64,000 nt of DNA from Bacteroidota bacterium (GTDB lineage: Bacteria > Bacteroidota > Bacteroidia > Bacteroidales > WCHB1-69): NCBI GenBank assembly GCA_037130365.1, contig JBAXTE010000022.1, forward strand, positions 3,116-67,115, given 5' to 3'. The position numbers and the translations under genes were made by a program. The notes under the pieces are model-generated. The model did no database searches. It was given only the letters and a program-made list of their open reading frames with translations, and had not been told where the DNA came from. Shown one piece after another: positions 40,046-49,327 of the stretch; within the stretch, counting starts at the first letter, position 1; every line of letters begins with the position of its first letter.

Positions 40046-40855
40046 TATAATATTACTTTTCTTTTCAGAATTACTATTAACTTGAAAAATTTTGTTATTC
40101 AAGGAATCGATTTTAATTGTTATATTATCCTTAAATTGCAAATCAAAAATACTCTTATTAAGAGTGGCTGGAACTAGAAGTTTAAACTCATTCAAATTAG
40201 TAACTTTAATATCGGAAATTTCTTTTTTCAAAAATAATGTTGATGCTATTACAAGAATTGTCATTATACCAAATCCAATATTGCCAATTTTGAAACACCT
40301 AGCTCCATAAATTAAATTATCACCCTTTATGTTGTCAATTGGCGTTGTGTTATTTATGATATAAATCAAATCTTCAATTTCTGAATTTACGAAATCGAGT
40401 TCTATTTCCTTTCTTTCTTTCTTTGTAATTGAAATAGTGCTTCGACTAGGATACTTATATTTGTCTACAGTCAATGTTTTAATTGCGTGAAGAATTGACA
40501 AAAGATAATGTAATAGAACAATTAAAAACAAAAAGGACAAGGGTAATTTAAGCCATAAACTAACTCCGCTTAGATTATTTATTAATAATGGAATAAATAA
40601 TGCAAATATAGAGGTGACAATACTTGCTTGACCAACTAACTGTGAATTTTTATTTTCTATAGTAGTTCTTCTGTCTCTTTGATAATCGTGAATTTCCTTA
40701 AGATATGTCAAATATCTATCTGCAACTTTAATCTCTTTAGAATGACAATATATTTCTTTAATGTCTGATGTTTTATCAGTTTTTAACTCTTCTGATTTTA
40801 AAGTTTGAAATGACCTTTTTATTAGACCAATATATATTAGATATTGCTTTATCAT
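39998..40855 (-). CDS. 3-TM membrane protein resembling Pycsar (PycTM)-type effectors
   Basis: RRTTIENKNSQLVG leads into TM1, then TM2 ending LLSILHAIKTL, a soluble linker with IINN..IDNIK, and TM3; similarity judged by eye. Confidence 0.55.
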   Translation of the reverse strand: MIKQYLIYIGLIKRSFQTLKSEELKTDKTSDIKEIYCHSKEIKVADRYLTYLKEIHDYQRDRRTTIENKNSQLVGQASIVTSIFALFIPLLINNLSGVSLWLKLPLSFLFLIVLLHYLLSILHAIKTLTVDKYKYPSRSTISITKKERKEIELDFVNSEIEDLIYIINNTTPIDNIKGDNLIYGARCFKIGNIGFGIMTILVIASTLFLKKEISDIKVTNLNEFKLLVPATLNKSIFDLQFKDNITIKIDSLNNKIFQVNSNSEKKSNIIPLNNNDIVQECCGGF

Positions 40856-41778
40856 ATGATTTCAGTTAAATAGTTAATAATTTCATCTGATATTTTTAGA
40901 CCTGTTTCCATTTCAATCCAAGCCCATTGCCCATTTGGATTGATTTCTAAAAAAATGTAATTGCCATTTTTATCTCTTACTAAATCTATTGCTCCAAATG
41001 AGATATTGAGTTTTTTGGTTAATTGAATACATTTTTGTTCGATTTCAATAGGTAGATTATATTTCAAAAATGGATTTTTTTCTTTTCTCCAATCTGTTAT
41101 AGTATTTTTATTTTCCTGAGAGTTAACTTTGGCTGAAAATACTTTATCCCCAACAATAGTAATTCTTAACTCATAATCCTTTAAAATATTATTTTGAATT
41201 ATGCAAGGTGTTAAATCATAATGTAATATATTATCAATGACCGTTTTATCTATTTGATTGGTAAAAATAGTTTTAACCCCATCTTCAAGGTTAATTCTCC
41301 CTTGTCTAATTGGTTTAATTATTACATCTTCATTATTAAGTATGATAAAATCTTTTAATTCTTTATGATTATTTGCTACTATCGTTTCTGGGACATTAAA
41401 CCCTAAGCTTTTAGCTAGCTTTAATTGATAAATTTTATTTTCCGCTTTATATACAAAACTTGGATGACTAAGCCATCTTTTAGAGTCTATCAATATGAAA
41501 GCATTGTCAAACAATGTTTCATAGTCGCCTAAAAGAAATAATTGTTGTCCTTTATTAGAAGTTTCTATTTCTGGAAGTTTAGTTCTTCTGAACCAAACCG
41601 AATTAAACTCGGCAATCCCATTTATTGAAAATTTAAAATCTGAAGAATTAGTAAAGGAATAGTTGTATTTATTGATGTCTTCACAATTCAATCTAAAATA
41701 CTTGATATCTCTTTCATTCAGCTTTTCAATAACAAAGTCAGCTGTAAAATCTTGCTTGTGAGTTATAATTAATATCAT
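40852..41778 (-). CDS. ATP-grasp ribosomal peptide maturase (MvdC/MvdD-like graspetide synthetase)
   Basis: ILIITHKQDFTADFV, SVWFRR, ENKIYQL..AKSLGFNVPETIV, IIKPI, YELRITIVG, DWR, FGAIDL, FLEINPNGQW. Confidence 0.92.
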   Translation of the reverse strand: MILIITHKQDFTADFVIEKLNERDIKYFRLNCEDINKYNYSFTNSSDFKFSINGIAEFNSVWFRRTKLPEIETSNKGQQLFLLGDYETLFDNAFILIDSKRWLSHPSFVYKAENKIYQLKLAKSLGFNVPETIVANNHKELKDFIILNNEDVIIKPIRQGRINLEDGVKTIFTNQIDKTVIDNILHYDLTPCIIQNNILKDYELRITIVGDKVFSAKVNSQENKNTITDWRKEKNPFLKYNLPIEIEQKCIQLTKKLNISFGAIDLVRDKNGNYIFLEINPNGQWAWIEMETGLKISDEIINYLTEII

Positions 41779-42122
41779 TTGTCTGAATCTGTTCCTTCTA
41801 CTGATTCTGTAATGGTTTGGGTGTCCATTAAAAGCTTGAATATTTTTAAGTCATTGTCACTATCACTTGGTTCAGCTAAGGTTAGCGTTTCCGTGCTTGT
41901 ATCTAAAAGCTGTCTTAAATTGAATTTATAATCATTATCTGAATCACTTGATTCTCCTGAACTTTTAGTATAAGTTTCGGTATCCAAGGAAACGTATTTA
42001 ATTGCTGGCATTTCAGTATCTTTAATAACAGATAGGTTTTGTTTTTGGGAATATTCGATCAGAGAAAAATTCAAATTTTTCAAAATAGGATTTTCAGTAA
42101 ATTCTAAAATTAATGGTTTCAT
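41775..42122 (-). CDS. Graspetide (omega-ester peptide) precursor with three core repeats
   Basis: Leader MKPLILEFTE...; cores DTETYTKSSGESSDSDND, DTSTETLTLAEPSDSDND, DTQTITESVEGTDSDK; ATGA overlap with the ligase. Confidence 0.88.
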   Translation of the reverse strand: MKPLILEFTENPILKNLNFSLIEYSQKQNLSVIKDTEMPAIKYVSLDTETYTKSSGESSDSDNDYKFNLRQLLDTSTETLTLAEPSDSDNDLKIFKLLMDTQTITESVEGTDSDK

Positions 42123-42163
42123 AATTTGTGATTTTTTTTAAATATGTAATTTCTTTTTTCATG

Positions 42164-42303
42164 CTTGTATATAACGGAGGCGACTTTGTGCAGTAGCGGA
42201 GTCTATTCCGTTTTGTACTCACTGTACACCAAAATTAATTAATTATTTCAAACATTCCAAATATGCCAACTTGCTATTTCAAGTAAACTGATGTATTAGT
42301 CCG
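42164..42303 (-). repeat. attC-like cassette repeat, copy D
   Basis: Shares cggaggc(g/a)actttg, accaaaattaattaattatttcaa and cttgctatt with copy E; ends gttatatacaag on the minus strand just before the precursor gene. Confidence 0.65.
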
Positions 42304-42409
42304 TGACATCTTATCCCCCCAGTATTATATTCAATTTACTTTATCATTTCTATCGGATTAGTATGCACTTTGGCTGGTTTTGGTCATGCGTTGGCTTTTG
42401 TGCAACCAG

Positions 42410-43585
42410 TTACAAAGTAACGAGACTAATTTCATTACTAAAAAACCGGTTGACGTAATCGAATGGAATTTTCTCTTGTTCTAGTCGCCAATTATTTGAT
42501 TTTAAAATATTATATAGTTCTTGTTCACTTTGAGTCAAATTTAATTTTGCACTTATGTTCGTTGGGGTTCCCAAATCATGTTCGAAGAATTTCTCAAAGG
42601 TTACAAGATCCATTAAGATACTTTTTGTCTCCTGAAAATACCCCCTAAATTGAGATAAAATTTCAAAACCTTGCACATCAATGTCACCCCAATAAAGCAA
42701 TTCAATATTTTCAAACCACTTTACATTTTTTAAATTAGCAACACTGTAACCACTCCCGAATATTGCAATTGTCTTTTCCATTTTAGGAAGTGTTAAAAAT
42801 GTAGTTACTGAATAAAGTGTTGTTTTATTTTCTACCACCAACACTTTATTTATTGGTATGTTTAATGTTTCAAATTGACTTACGGGAATTGCCAAATCAT
42901 CAATACCTGAAAAATAAATTTGACTGATTTCTTTATCAAGTATTTTGAATCGTATTTGTGGTTCGCTGTATTTTAGGTTAAACCTTTTTTCAAATTGTTT
43001 TTCATTATTATTGAGATGTTCCAAGATAAGAACATCAAGCAAATCTTTTATTACAACTTGCTTTCTTTCAATGAATTTAGTGTGTACATTTATCGGTAAT
43101 TCTCTGATATATAAATTTGGTTTAGGATTTTGTCTGAAATATTGGCACACATTTAAAATACTTTCCCATTCAGCTTGGTTCTGGATGACTTTTATAGAGT
43201 TTTTAATCACCCATTCATGCAATTCGGGAAATTTTTTAAGTATTCGTTCAACGCTTAATAGGTACAATTCAACTTCATTGTCCTTTCCCAAAAATCTCAA
43301 AAAATCCCTTTTTGTATCAAAATAAATTGAGGTAGGCAAATCTTGCATTCCTAATGACTTTGTTTTTACTTGTTGAAATTCCAATGTGTAGCCAAATCCT
43401 TTTATCTCTTTGGATTGACTAATAATTTGTTGAATTTCATTCTCAAATTCGGATAATGATGATTTCGAGTAAGATTTATCACCACGAATTACGAGTTTCT
43501 CAAAAGGTTTGTTTTCAACTAAAGTTTGAAGAAAAGAAATATATTTTCTTTCGGCTTTGTCTTTTATTTCTTTGGGCGTAATCAT
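42410..43585 (-). CDS. jetD: Wadjet nuclease subunit (DUF3322 + DUF2220 Toprim)
   Basis: LVVENK, YWGDIDVQG, RLEQEKIP. Confidence 0.92.
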   Translation of the reverse strand: MITPKEIKDKAERKYISFLQTLVENKPFEKLVIRGDKSYSKSSLSEFENEIQQIISQSKEIKGFGYTLEFQQVKTKSLGMQDLPTSIYFDTKRDFLRFLGKDNEVELYLLSVERILKKFPELHEWVIKNSIKVIQNQAEWESILNVCQYFRQNPKPNLYIRELPINVHTKFIERKQVVIKDLLDVLILEHLNNNEKQFEKRFNLKYSEPQIRFKILDKEISQIYFSGIDDLAIPVSQFETLNIPINKVLVVENKTTLYSVTTFLTLPKMEKTIAIFGSGYSVANLKNVKWFENIELLYWGDIDVQGFEILSQFRGYFQETKSILMDLVTFEKFFEHDLGTPTNISAKLNLTQSEQELYNILKSNNWRLEQEKIPFDYVNRFFSNEISLVTL

Positions 43586-46500
43586 TGTTTCAGGTAGTTT
43601 GCTTTTTCTACTTTGAATTGTTCAATAGGCATATCATACAGCCAAGAATGTCTTTCCTCTTTGCGTTCTACAAAATGAACAAACGAAATATCGTTTTCTA
43701 CAATGTGAATATTGTCGCTTGGAGTAACAACCAACAACTGCAAATGAAGTTGTTTGCATAACGTAATTAAATAACGTGCTTTGTCCTCGTCTTGTGCTTT
43801 AAATGCTTCGTCAATGGCAATAAATCGAAATGAGTTAGTTTGTAAACCTACTTTTGTTAAACCAAATTGATAGGCTATTGCTGAACCTAAAATAGTGTAA
43901 GTAAGTTGAGCCTTTTCGCCTCCAGAAAGCTGTCCCATATTTTCATAAGTTTTAAACTTCTGATTGTTTTCTTTGTAAAACTCTTCGGCTTTATAGCTGA
44001 ACCAAGAACGAACATCCATAACTTTCTTGCGCCATTCTTCTTTGTCTAATTTTGTAATTAGTGGCTCAATGTGATTGTAAAAATGATTTTTTCGTCCGTC
44101 AATTGAAGCATTAACTTCTCTGATATTGGGAATTGCTTTTTCCAAAAGATTTCTGAACTCTTTTACCTCATCGCTTATTTTATTGGGTGCCACAAGTTGA
44201 ATGTATGTTTGAGGCTTATTTTTAAAATCTATTTCTTTCAAAGAATCATTCAAATGTTTTATGTTATCTTTGATTGAATCCGACCAGTGCTCAAAAAACA
44301 TTCTGAAATCGCCAACTTTGTTTGTTATAGTTTCATGCAAATAATCGTTGAACTTCTTTTCAAATTTAGGAAGATTGTCTTTTTCTAATCTGTCTAAAAA
44401 CTTTTGATACTCACCGAGAAATTCTAAATGGGTTGATTCAGGAAGAGAACTCACATCAGAACGCCAATCTTTGAATTTGTATGTGATTTCTTCTGAAGGC
44501 TGTTTAAAGGTGTTTATTTTAATTATTACTTCTCTTTCACTTTGTTGTTTTTGATTTCTAAGTTCTATTTCTTTTCTTGATAATTCCTTTTGAAAATTGG
44601 TTTGTGTAGTCTTGATGTTTAAGAAATCCGTATTTAGAATTTCAAGGTTGGTCTTTTCAAACTCAGCAATGTTAGCAAATCCCGTAATCTCAACTACCTT
44701 CTTATCTGCATCTATTACTCTTTCAATATCTTCAATATCTTTTTTCTTTTTAAAAATATCTTGACTTTTATTGAAAATATCAACTTCCGATAGTTGTTTT
44801 AAATTTTTTTGGACTTTGTTTAATTGTTCTTGTAATTTCTTAACTCGGTCATTAGTTTTTTCTAAATCAGATTTCTGCTTTTCTTTTTCAAGAATTTCTT
44901 TGGCGTAGGTTTGCCAATTTATGTCATCGTACTTTCCAAACATAGAAAACAAATTGTGAGCATTATCTCTATTATCTTCCAATTTTTTTAATGTTCCATT
45001 TTCTTTATTGGTAATTGTAGAAATCAATTTTAGATTTTCTTTTTGAAGTTCTTGTTGTTTTTTCAGTTCTTCTTTTAAACCAGCAATTTTTTCTTTGTTG
45101 TCCCAACCTAAAACATAATTTTCCTTTTTTGAAACGTGAACACGGTCGTCTTTTTCGTGCTTACCTCTTTTGAATTTTATCAAACCGTTTTGAGTGATTG
45201 CCATTTCAGAATAACGCTCAAACTCTGAAAGATTATCTACACAAACAAAGTCAAACTGGTTTTGTAAAGAATCCTCAATCCATTCGTAATATTGCGTTTT
45301 GGACTTTACGTTAATTTTATTGACTATGGATTTTTCGTTTGCAGTTTTGTTCTGAAAATTTTTGAGATAATTTTCTTCATATCTATCATAACGGATTCTA
45401 CCTCTTAAATTATTGCTGTTTACATACTCATTTACTTTGGAGTAATATTTGGGCGGAACAATCAATCGCAAAGCAAAATTGTGAAGCACTTTTTCAATTG
45501 AAGATTCCCAATTAATTTCTTCTTCTTTTACTTTAATTAGCTCGCCAATGAATGGAATTTCTTCCTTGCTAGCTCCAATGTGGTCAATAATTTCATCTCG
45601 TATTTCCGCTTCTCGTCCAGCGATATTGTTTTTGTTTTTTTGAAGAGTTTGAATTGTGATTACTAATTCTTCTGTTGATTTTATTAATTCATCATCTTTG
45701 TTTTTCAAAGCACGGAGATTTTCACCTTCTTCATCAATTCTTTGTTGTGTGCTTTGTTTTATTTGTTTTGCTTTTTCTCGATTCGCAATAAAAGTTTCTT
45801 CACTTGGATCTGTTTTTAAATCAATACTTTGAGCAATTTTATTGTAATCATCTAACTTTTTACTTTTATTTTCTTTCAAGCCTTGAAGATTTTTAATTTC
45901 CTTTTCTAAATCTTTGATTTTACCACCAACTTCATCTTTTTCAATAGAAATGGAAATTGCTCTTTCTTCTTGTTTCAATATTTCTTCTTTGCCTCGTAAT
46001 TCTGTTAATTCATCATTAAGACGTTGTATTTCTTCCTTACATTTTTCTAATTCCTTTTCTCCTAATTCAACACTTTTTTTAGCAAACCAAAAAACAGCGG
46101 TTTCTTTTGAATTTTCTAATCGCTCTATATCAACTTGGATATTTGTTAGCGTTATTGCAATTTCATTGATTGGCATTAGCTGTTTGATTTGTTCTTTGGC
46201 TTTTTCAATGTTGGTTTTAGCATCCATTAAAGTCAAAAAACTTTCTTTCAGTTGAACAAATTCTGGTTCAGCGTCCAACTCTTCCAACATATTTGTTCTT
46301 ATAAACTCGTCTAAATCTTCCAAAACTTTTACCCCAACTACTTGATTAAATAGACTTAACGCTTTAATGGAACGCATTCCAAACAAATTGGACATTCTCT
46401 CGGCATATGCCATAGGACCCTCTATGAATTCTATTTTCTTTTTAGTTGTATTTGAGTTATATGTTTTATCTAACCTTTTTTTCCACATTCCCTTTGAATC

Positions 46501-46998
46501 GAAATCACGAAAATCTTTCTCTATTTCAAGCGGTATATGAGCAATGCCATATTGCCTATTTAATTCACCATTACTATTAAACCAACGAACTTGAAATAAT
46601 GTAACCTGTTTTGAATCTGTATTTTTAAAATGAGCTAGAATAACAGAATAGGTATTTTTTTCTCTCAGCTTTTGCGTAGAAGTAGAACTTTTACCCTCTT
46701 CTTGGATATTTCCATAATGTCCCAAAACATAGGTTTCTTCAGTACGATTACCTTTCTTATCAATACCGGATGATTGATTGTAAAACCTGTCTTTCTTTGC
46801 AGGAACCATTAATGTGAGTAAAGCATCTATGTATGTGCTTTTCCCTGATGCATTCGCTCCAGTCAATAAGGAATTATTCCCGCTAGGATTAATTCTGAAT
46901 ACTTTTTCGTCAAATGTTCCCCAATTGTAAACCTCCATATATTGAAGTCTAAAACCCACTTTGTCGGAACTTGTACTAAATAGACTCAACATATTCAT
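43582..46998 (-). CDS. jetC: Wadjet SMC ATPase
   Basis: YNWGTFD, GANASGKST, long coiled coils, LSGGEK, IAIDEAF. Confidence 0.94.
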   Translation of the reverse strand: MNMLSLFSTSSDKVGFRLQYMEVYNWGTFDEKVFRINPSGNNSLLTGANASGKSTYIDALLTLMVPAKKDRFYNQSSGIDKKGNRTEETYVLGHYGNIQEEGKSSTSTQKLREKNTYSVILAHFKNTDSKQVTLFQVRWFNSNGELNRQYGIAHIPLEIEKDFRDFDSKGMWKKRLDKTYNSNTTKKKIEFIEGPMAYAERMSNLFGMRSIKALSLFNQVVGVKVLEDLDEFIRTNMLEELDAEPEFVQLKESFLTLMDAKTNIEKAKEQIKQLMPINEIAITLTNIQVDIERLENSKETAVFWFAKKSVELGEKELEKCKEEIQRLNDELTELRGKEEILKQEERAISISIEKDEVGGKIKDLEKEIKNLQGLKENKSKKLDDYNKIAQSIDLKTDPSEETFIANREKAKQIKQSTQQRIDEEGENLRALKNKDDELIKSTEELVITIQTLQKNKNNIAGREAEIRDEIIDHIGASKEEIPFIGELIKVKEEEINWESSIEKVLHNFALRLIVPPKYYSKVNEYVNSNNLRGRIRYDRYEENYLKNFQNKTANEKSIVNKINVKSKTQYYEWIEDSLQNQFDFVCVDNLSEFERYSEMAITQNGLIKFKRGKHEKDDRVHVSKKENYVLGWDNKEKIAGLKEELKKQQELQKENLKLISTITNKENGTLKKLEDNRDNAHNLFSMFGKYDDINWQTYAKEILEKEKQKSDLEKTNDRVKKLQEQLNKVQKNLKQLSEVDIFNKSQDIFKKKKDIEDIERVIDADKKVVEITGFANIAEFEKTNLEILNTDFLNIKTTQTNFQKELSRKEIELRNQKQQSEREVIIKINTFKQPSEEITYKFKDWRSDVSSLPESTHLEFLGEYQKFLDRLEKDNLPKFEKKFNDYLHETITNKVGDFRMFFEHWSDSIKDNIKHLNDSLKEIDFKNKPQTYIQLVAPNKISDEVKEFRNLLEKAIPNIREVNASIDGRKNHFYNHIEPLITKLDKEEWRKKVMDVRSWFSYKAEEFYKENNQKFKTYENMGQLSGGEKAQLTYTILGSAIAYQFGLTKVGLQTNSFRFIAIDEAFKAQDEDKARYLITLCKQLHLQLLVVTPSDNIHIVENDISFVHFVERKEERHSWLYDMPIEQFKVEKANYLKQ

Positions 46999-47554
46999 GC
47001 AATCTTGTTTTGAAATCCTGTAATATATCCAGTGTTATTTTTTCTTTTATAATTCGGTGTATCTGATATTTCGTTTCGTTTTCTTTTTTTATAATTTCTT
47101 TTAAATAGCCCAAATCAGCAGCACTATTGATATATTTGTCAAGTTCTTTGATGAATTTTACTCTATTGAATCTTTCAGGAAGAAATAATTCTAATTCGTC
47201 TTTTATCTCAGTATTTGTAATGAATTTTTCTGTTGCTAACTGTGTTGGATTACTATCAAATTCTTCCAAACTTTGTCTTAGTACAACAAGCACTATTGAC
47301 GTTTCAAAACCAATCTGTCGTCTTTGAATCATACCAAGAGTATTACCTTCGCTATCTTCAAATTGTTTAACAAAAGCAAAGCCTTCATCTTTTTTTACGA
47401 TTAGTTCCAAACCAATTAGGCTGATGTATTCCTGAATCTCGTTTTGATAATTAATTACATCTTCCCAAACAATTGAGTTCCTCTCAACAGTTGATTTGAG
47501 TAATCTTACTATTGCTTTACTGTATGGTTTTATATTTTTCTCTAAATTATTCAT
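46976..47554 (-). CDS. jetB: Wadjet KITE subunit (DUF4194)
   Basis: IGLELIVKKDEGFAFVKQ...LRQSLEEFD; position between jetA and jetC. Confidence 0.9.
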   Translation of the reverse strand: MNNLEKNIKPYSKAIVRLLKSTVERNSIVWEDVINYQNEIQEYISLIGLELIVKKDEGFAFVKQFEDSEGNTLGMIQRRQIGFETSIVLVVLRQSLEEFDSNPTQLATEKFITNTEIKDELELFLPERFNRVKFIKELDKYINSAADLGYLKEIIKKENETKYQIHRIIKEKITLDILQDFKTRLHEYVESI

Positions 47555-49011
47555 TTGGTCAAAATTATTTCTGGAATTCTAATTTGTTTTCTGTTTTCAA
47601 TATCAAACACGATACTTTGAGTTTTTTCAGGGTTTATGAAGTGTTTAAACTCTTTTACAATACCAATGTATCCGAATAATTCAGGCAGCCCCTTATCAAG
47701 TCCACCGTAATTTTCAACCACATCTAAAAGTGTAGTTTGTGATTTTTCTTTGAGTATATCTTTAATTCTTTTCCGAATTAACTCTTTATCAATGTTTGAT
47801 TGAGAAAACAATCTTAATAAGTGGTTTGACGAAGTGATATCTTCGTTTGCAATTTTTGGCTTGTTTTTGTAAATAACTTCTTCGCTTTTTTCATTCGTCA
47901 ATCTGCGTTCAAACGGAATATTGATTTCGATTTCGGTTTGCAGTTCAAATGATATTTCAGTTTTCTTTTTTGTCTTACTAATTTCTATGAGTTGTTTTTT
48001 TATTCCCTGAATTATATTTTTCGTTGCTTCCGATTTTGAACTCTCGTTTTCACGAATAATACGGCTTAGTTTTTCAGCCATTTTATCATTGGCTTTATAT
48101 ACCTTTTGTCCAGCACTGTGAAGATGTCTTTTCATTCCTTTCAGAAATAGGTCATTTACAGGAATTGATTTTTCTTCCAAAGTCTTGTACAATTCATTTG
48201 TTAGACTTTCCCATTTGTTTTGCAAATCGGGATTTAGAATAAACGACCAAAAAGCGTAAAAACTTTTACCTTGCTGACTATCTTTCAACTCTTCAAGAGC
48301 GTCAAAAGTAAATTCCAAAATATCGCTTTTGCTTAAACTTCCATCTGCGTGTTTTTGATAAATACCTTTCGTAATTTCTTTGAAATTGTCTTCGACTACT
48401 TTAAAGTCCGACAACAATTCCTTAGCAGATTGATTTATTTGATTGAAACGTGGAACAATTTCAAATTCTTCAAAAACTTTTACATCTTCGCCCGTTTTTA
48501 TTCGTTGAATTTGTTGTTCAATTTCTAATTTTCTTTCTTCTAAAAGTTGAATACGTTTTTCAGCATCTTCGTTAGTATTCTCAACTAACTCTTTCAACTG
48601 ATTTAATATGTTATTGAATTTTGATTCTGTACCAACAAATTCTTCTTTTTTCAAACTTGCTAACCAATCAATAGTTTTACTTGAATGAGCTGAAAGTTCA
48701 TAAAAAACCTCACCCTGTTCGTCATGATAATTGGTTAAGAAACCCTTGTTTGTCCAACTTTGTATATATTTTTTAGCTTTTGTTTCATCGGTGTCAAAAA
48801 AATTGATTTCACTTTCCTCATCGTTTTCAATTTGTTTATTATCTAAATAGTCTGCCAGTAGAACTTGAATTTTCTCGGCTGATATTGCTCCTTGTTGATT
48901 TGAAAATGTATTTATTAGAAATACTATTATAGCCTCTCTATTTCTTAATTTAAGAAGTTCTATACCCGGAGAGTTATTTAGTATTTTTGCTATTTCTAAA
49001 CTATCTATCAT
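47551..49011 (-). CDS. jetA: Wadjet kleisin subunit (DUF3375)
   Basis: EEFVGTESKF, DFKVVEDNF, QGKSFYAFW; ATG at 49011; TAAGTTTG promoter at 49057-49064. Confidence 0.92.
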   Translation of the reverse strand: MIDSLEIAKILNNSPGIELLKLRNREAIIVFLINTFSNQQGAISAEKIQVLLADYLDNKQIENDEESEINFFDTDETKAKKYIQSWTNKGFLTNYHDEQGEVFYELSAHSSKTIDWLASLKKEEFVGTESKFNNILNQLKELVENTNEDAEKRIQLLEERKLEIEQQIQRIKTGEDVKVFEEFEIVPRFNQINQSAKELLSDFKVVEDNFKEITKGIYQKHADGSLSKSDILEFTFDALEELKDSQQGKSFYAFWSFILNPDLQNKWESLTNELYKTLEEKSIPVNDLFLKGMKRHLHSAGQKVYKANDKMAEKLSRIIRENESSKSEATKNIIQGIKKQLIEISKTKKKTEISFELQTEIEINIPFERRLTNEKSEEVIYKNKPKIANEDITSSNHLLRLFSQSNIDKELIRKRIKDILKEKSQTTLLDVVENYGGLDKGLPELFGYIGIVKEFKHFINPEKTQSIVFDIENRKQIRIPEIILTK

Positions 49012-49181
49012 TCTTTTACTTATTTTGAGAGTCGGCAAAAAAAATCTACTTTTTTGCAAACTTAGATTTTATGTCGGATTGAGCGGTTTGCAATTGTGCT
49101 GTTTCCTGCATTAGTCATTTATTAAACATTTTTTTCTGTCTTTTTGTAACAAATTTTCTATTTTTACTATATTGGATCACA

Positions 49182-49320
49182 CTTGACCTATCGGAGGCAA
49201 CTTTGAGTATTTGCAAATTAAATCACATTTTATTAAAATTGCATACCAAAATTAATTAATTATTTCAATCTTTCAAAACCCGCCACCTTGCTATTGTGCC
49301 AAACCACTTTTAATATTAGC
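49182..49320 (-). repeat. attC-like cassette repeat, copy E
   Basis: Begins 8 nt after the AlbA-gene stop; shares blocks with copies A, C and D. Confidence 0.65.
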
Positions 49321-49327
49321 TTTTTTA

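Noticed and set aside
40092-45914. Short antisense ORFs inside the graspetide and Wadjet genes (and similar ones throughout the track)
   Set aside because: They lie on the opposite strand of well-supported genes and lack motifs; shadow ORFs.
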